Under the pieces are notes generated by a model, which did no database searches, was not told the DNA's origin, and was given only the letters and a program-made list of their open reading frames with translations. Below, in pieces: positions 6,236 through 10,289 of a DNA stretch of 10,289 nucleotides. Numbering within the stretch: the stretch's first letter is position 1; every line of letters starts with the position of its first letter. Where the stretch lies: assembly GCA_023137195.1 (NCBI GenBank), contig JAGLPV010000049.1, positions 1-10,289 on the forward strand. Reading direction: 5' to 3'. The stretch comes from Candidatus Aenigmatarchaeota archaeon (GTDB lineage Archaea; EX4484-52). A program made the position numbers and the translations under genes.

Positions 6236-7777
6236 ATGGATAATGATTCTAAAATAATAGCAAAAGGGGCAATGTTTGTATTTGCAGGGATTGTTATTTC
6301 AAAACCAATCACTTATCTCTGGAGAATTTATATTGCTCGGTATATTGGGCATGATGCATATGGGATATTTTCCATTGCTCTTGCTTTGCTCGGACTAATA
6401 AATGTATTTGCCATTCTTGGTTTTTCCAGCGGACTATTTAGATATACTTCTTTTTATTTTGCAAGAAAAAAATATGCGGATGCAAAGGGAGTACTAATAA
6501 CTGTGTTTTCTATAAATTCAGTTTCATGTTTGTTTTTTTCATGTCTGCTTGTATTTTTTGCACCTTATTTTGCAGAAAATTTTTTTCACAATATAAATAC
6601 AACTGGTCCTGTATATGTTGTAGCATTCATTCTTCCTTTTTTTGTTTTTTCAAACCATTTTTTGGCTCTTTTAACTGTAAAATTACGGGCAGATTATAAT
6701 GCATTAATAAAAAATGTATTGGAAGGTATTATCAAAATTTTTGCAACAATTGCTTTAGTCTGGTTGGGATATAGTGCTATTGCCGCAATTTTAGGATATT
6801 TTATTGCTATTTTTGGTACCTTTGTTTTATCTGCTTATTTTTTGTTTTTTAAAACAGACTATGGTATTATCTTAAAGTCTAAAGCAAAATATCATTCCAG
6901 AAATCTGGTTAACTATTCTATTCCTTTGATGATTACAGGATTTGTCTCCGGGTTTCTCACATACACAGATACAATAATGCTGAGTTATTTCAAGGGAGTT
7001 TCCCAGACCGGAATCTATAATGCCGCTCTTCCAACAGCACAATTAATAGCTATTGCCTCCTGTTTTTCAGTACTGTTTTTCCCTCTTTTTGTTGAAAATT
7101 ACAGTAAAAAAAATTATAAAGAAATGAATAAACTATATATAACAACAGTAAAATGGATATTTCTTATAGCACTCCCAATGGTTTTTGTGATTATGTTTTT
7201 TCCAGGGGTAATTCTTAATTTTCTTTGGGGTGCAGAATATGTAGGTGGAACTGTAGCATTGACAATTCTTGCGATAGGATATTTTGTGTCAAACGTTTGT
7301 GCCCCCACAGGAGGAGTTCTCAAGGCAATAGAAAAACAAAATATTGTTCTAATGGTTACAATCTGCGGCAGTATATTGAATGTTATTTTAAATTATTCTT
7401 TAATTCCTGTTTTTGGAATGGCTGGAGCCGCAGGTGCAACAGCAACATCAATTGTATTTATTTACAGCGCCTATTTATTTTTTGTCCATAAATATACTGG
7501 GTTTTTCCCATTTAATGTTAATCTGCTGAAAGGTTTTTTTGCAACACTTATCGCATTTGCTTTTACTTATTTTGCTGTTAAATTAATTTTTCCTGTAACG
7601 CCTCTTTTTGCGCTTGTTCCTGCTCTTGGAATATATTCAATAATGTATTTTTTCATAATGGTAAAATTCAAAGTTATCGATAAAGATGATCTAAAGTTAC
7701 TTAGGGCATTAGGGAAAAAGAGTGGTTTAGACCTTAGCTTTTTGGAGAGGATTGTAATGAGGATGTGTAGAATATAA
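6236..7777 (+). CDS. Oligosaccharide flippase (Wzx/RfbX-like, MOP superfamily)
   Basis: 513 aa with many hydrophobic segments; motifs IARYIG..AYG, YSIPL, TDTIML.YF......GIYNAA, LNVILNYSLIPVFGMAGAA.AT; adjacent to glycan genes. Confidence 0.92.
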   Translation: MDNDSKIIAKGAMFVFAGIVISKPITYLWRIYIARYIGHDAYGIFSIALALLGLINVFAILGFSSGLFRYTSFYFARKKYADAKGVLITVFSINSVSCLFFSCLLVFFAPYFAENFFHNINTTGPVYVVAFILPFFVFSNHFLALLTVKLRADYNALIKNVLEGIIKIFATIALVWLGYSAIAAILGYFIAIFGTFVLSAYFLFFKTDYGIILKSKAKYHSRNLVNYSIPLMITGFVSGFLTYTDTIMLSYFKGVSQTGIYNAALPTAQLIAIASCFSVLFFPLFVENYSKKNYKEMNKLYITTVKWIFLIALPMVFVIMFFPGVILNFLWGAEYVGGTVALTILAIGYFVSNVCAPTGGVLKAIEKQNIVLMVTICGSILNVILNYSLIPVFGMAGAAGATATSIVFIYSAYLFFVHKYTGFFPFNVNLLKGFFATLIAFAFTYFAVKLIFPVTPLFALVPALGIYSIMYFFIMVKFKVIDKDDLKLLRALGKKSGLDLSFLERIVMRMCRI

Positions 7778-7807
7778 CACAGGTTTATCTTTTAATACAT
7801 CTGGGTG

Positions 7808-8551
7808 CTAATGTACTTTTTTTTGTTTAATATGACTGTTTATTTTAATCAATTCTGGCTCCCGCTCCAATAAAGCCAGAATATCGTCTTTAAAAAATAT
7901 GTGTTTTTTTGGATAAATTTTTTTATACACTGTTTCTATGAATTCAAAATCTTCCTTTGTATCTAATGTCCACCGGAGGTGGCTTAAATCGACATCATTT
8001 GTTACATTAATTAATTTGAATTTGCCGGGGTTTTCTTTTATGTATGGCGTGACATGCTCTCTTTCATATTCTTTTTTTGCCTCCTTCCATGCCCTTTCGA
8101 GCGCATCAAAAGAAAATACCTCTGTACTAAGACCTCGCGGATAAGTCAATTCAAATGTATTAGAGCAGTAATCACACTCTGAATCCAAATATTTTTTAAT
8201 AATAGAATCAGACACAATCATATCAATAAGCGGACAGTCTGAAGTCATTCTTACCACAACATCTGCCTTGGTCTGGACAGCAGCATTGTAATATCTGTCT
8301 AAAACATCATCTTCACTACCCCTTGTAATTATTATGTCTTTGTTGTAGTTTTTTACAGTATCTCGGATTATGTCATTTTCATCTCCATAAGGTATTGCAA
8401 TAACTATTTTGTTGATTAACTTTGACAGCAGCATTCTGTCAATATCCCACAATATAACTGGTTTACCAAGAATTTCTTTCATGACTTTTCCGGGCAGTCG
8501 TGTTGAACCCATTCGGGTTTGTACAATGGCTACGATGTTTTCCATAATCAT
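7808..8551 (-). CDS. spsF: SpsF-like acylneuraminate/nonulosonate cytidylyltransferase family protein
   Basis: IVQTRMGSTRLPGKV, RGSEDDVLDRY, VRMTSDCPLID, YPRGLSTE, REHVTPYI, RWTLDTKED; directly downstream of a NeuB-family gene. Start at 8551 or 8545. Confidence 0.88.
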   Translation of the reverse strand: MIMENIVAIVQTRMGSTRLPGKVMKEILGKPVILWDIDRMLLSKLINKIVIAIPYGDENDIIRDTVKNYNKDIIITRGSEDDVLDRYYNAAVQTKADVVVRMTSDCPLIDMIVSDSIIKKYLDSECDYCSNTFELTYPRGLSTEVFSFDALERAWKEAKKEYEREHVTPYIKENPGKFKLINVTNDVDLSHLRWTLDTKEDFEFIETVYKKIYPKKHIFFKDDILALLEREPELIKINSHIKQKKVH

Positions 8552-8576
8552 ATATAATTACCCGGAGAGATTAAAT

Positions 8577-9641
8577 TTATATTTTCTCCCAGGTAAATGC
8601 ATCCCCTTTTTTCATATCTGTATTTATTTTTTTACCAGTAAGAATATCTTCGTATTTTGGTTTCATTGCATTCTTATCTGCTGGTCTTAATACATCAATC
8701 ATATCTTTTGTTATAGTAGAGCCTTTAGAGATGTCTATTGCCGCCCTTAAGCATCTTTGTTGAAGAATAACAGTCTCTTTTTCATTTTCATAAACATCCT
8801 TTAGTGGGGTTCCGAGAGATTTTTCCAAAAGCCTAATGCTGTCAACCATTTCTTTAAAGTCTTTTCCGTCCATAGCAAAAGGATGATCCGGACCTTTCCG
8901 GGTTTTATCGTCTGTAAAATGTTTCTCAATAATACATCCTCCTAATGCAACCGCTCCTAATGGAACAATAATTCCTGGTGTATGATCAGAATATCCGACA
9001 GGAACATCGAATAAATCCCCCATCGCTTTCATTGCCCGAATATTTGCATATTCAAACTGCGAAGGATAATTTGTGACACATTGGAGAAGAATAATCCTGT
9101 CGTTTCCTGCAGATCTTATTATTTTGATTGCTTCATCAACTTCAGCAATTGTGCTTGCGCCTGTTGCTAAAATAACAGGCTTTCCTTTTTCTGCTATGTA
9201 TTTTAAAATCCCGTGCCAAGTGATGTCGCCAGAGCCTATCTTGAATGCAGGAACACCCAGCTTATCAAGGATATCAACTGCCTCTTTATCATACGGTGCA
9301 GAGAGAAAATCAAGTCCTTTTTTATTGGCATAATGAAATAATTCCTCATGCCATTGTCGCGGGAATTCCGCTTTTTTATAAGTTTCATGTACGGTTTCTT
9401 TCCATTTTTCCTGAAATCCGACTTTTAATTTATCAAATGCTTCTTTTGAAATGATTTTTTCAGCAGTAAAACACTGGAACTTAACCGCATTGGCACCACA
9501 CTCTTTAGCAAGATCAATAAGCATTTTAGCACGTTCAATACTGCCATCAAAATTTGAACCAACTTCAGCAATAATATATGCAGGATATTCTTTTCCTACA
9601 AATCTCTGTCCTATTTTTATTTTTTCTTTATTATTATCCAT
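8577..9641 (-). CDS. neuB: NeuB/SpsE/PseI-family nonulosonic acid synthase with C-terminal SAF (antifreeze-like) domain
   Basis: IIAEVGSN, GANAVKFQ, FKIGSGDIT, GKPVILATG, GYSDHT, IEKHFT, GPDH motifs; C-terminal RCLRAAIDISKG...LRP SAF region. The product sugar cannot be determined from motifs. Confidence 0.93.
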   Translation of the reverse strand: MDNNKEKIKIGQRFVGKEYPAYIIAEVGSNFDGSIERAKMLIDLAKECGANAVKFQCFTAEKIISKEAFDKLKVGFQEKWKETVHETYKKAEFPRQWHEELFHYANKKGLDFLSAPYDKEAVDILDKLGVPAFKIGSGDITWHGILKYIAEKGKPVILATGASTIAEVDEAIKIIRSAGNDRIILLQCVTNYPSQFEYANIRAMKAMGDLFDVPVGYSDHTPGIIVPLGAVALGGCIIEKHFTDDKTRKGPDHPFAMDGKDFKEMVDSIRLLEKSLGTPLKDVYENEKETVILQQRCLRAAIDISKGSTITKDMIDVLRPADKNAMKPKYEDILTGKKINTDMKKGDAFTWEKI

Positions 9642-10282
9642 AAAATTATTTTTACAATAGCTTTAAATATTTTCCAATTTGCCTTTAATTTTTCCCCAAA
9701 CCGGGAATTATCCTCTCTTTCATTTATATCAATATTTCTCTGAACTATTTTATATCCCTTCTTTTTTGCATTAAACATAAGTTGAGTTCCTATAGATGAA
9801 AGTTTGTCAAAGTATCCAATATCATTATATATATCTATATGATATGCCTTAAGCCCGCAAAGAGGGTCATCAATGCCTATTTTGATTTTTGCAATAAATG
9901 CAAAAAGATATTCTGTAATTCTTGCATAGTGTGGTCTTTTTCCGGTAACAATATCGGCTTTTCCATCTATAATTGGACTAATAATTTTAGGAATATCTTC
10001 GGGGTTATGCTGACCATCTCCATCAAAAGTTAAAATAATTGTAGCACCTCTCTTTGATGCCAATATAAAACCAGCGCCAATGGCCTTATCATAACCCATA
10101 TTTTTACTATGCGAGATGACAATGGCGCCATCCTTTTGAGCAATAGTCTTTGTTTTATCTGTAGAGGCATCATCGACTAAAACAATTTCATCAACATATT
10201 TCTTTACGCCTTTTATTACTTTTGAAATTGTCTTTTCTTCATTGAGTGCAGGAATAACTGCAATTATTTTTTGTTTAGTCAT
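9617..10282 (-). CDS. Family 2 glycosyltransferase (DPM/DPG synthase-like)
   Basis: VIPALNEE, VDDASTDKT, N.GY..A...G, TFDGDGQH, DPLCGLKAY, R....SRF; overlaps neuB by 25 bp. Confidence 0.92.
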   Translation of the reverse strand: MTKQKIIAVIPALNEEKTISKVIKGVKKYVDEIVLVDDASTDKTKTIAQKDGAIVISHSKNMGYDKAIGAGFILASKRGATIILTFDGDGQHNPEDIPKIISPIIDGKADIVTGKRPHYARITEYLFAFIAKIKIGIDDPLCGLKAYHIDIYNDIGYFDKLSSIGTQLMFNAKKKGYKIVQRNIDINEREDNSRFGEKLKANWKIFKAIVKIILWIIIKKK

Positions 10283-10289
10283 ATTTTAG

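Noticed and set aside
8575-8586. Internal TATA (minus-strand GAAAATATAAAT) upstream of spsF
   Set aside because: It coincides with the neuB stop codon in AT-rich sequence, so it cannot be supported independently.
9617-9641. 25-bp GT2/neuB overlap as a frameshifted fusion
   Set aside because: Both proteins appear full length; short overlaps are common in glycan operons.
5212-10033. Short alternative ORFs within metK, flippase, spsF, neuB and GT2 (and 587-793 in the secreted protein gene)
   Set aside because: They overlap confident genes and show no independent coding signal.

Overview
AT-rich archaeal window, most consistent with a DPANN-type lineage (inferred from archaeal Hef, a Dim2/Pno1 KH protein, a class III signal peptide pilin-like protein and TATA boxes about 25 nt from start codons). 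From left to right: four consecutive minus-strand genes for exported proteins (61-aa secreted peptide, ~252-aa secreted protein, 58-aa lipoprotein, pilin-like protein); a structured ~160-bp intergenic segment; hef, dim2 and a bacterial-type metK on the minus strand; a divergent Wzx-like flippase; and a convergent GT2-neuB-spsF nonulosonic acid (sialic-acid-like) module. The most unusual signal is at 2027-2145. Two ~46-nt double-hairpin units share an architecture but differ in internal sequence. One sits inside the stem of the other, and the outer one interrupts a 9-nt CACGG tandem repeat. Removing each layer restores the layer beneath, which suggests a very small non-autonomous mobile element. 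All calls come from reading motifs by eye; no database searches were run.
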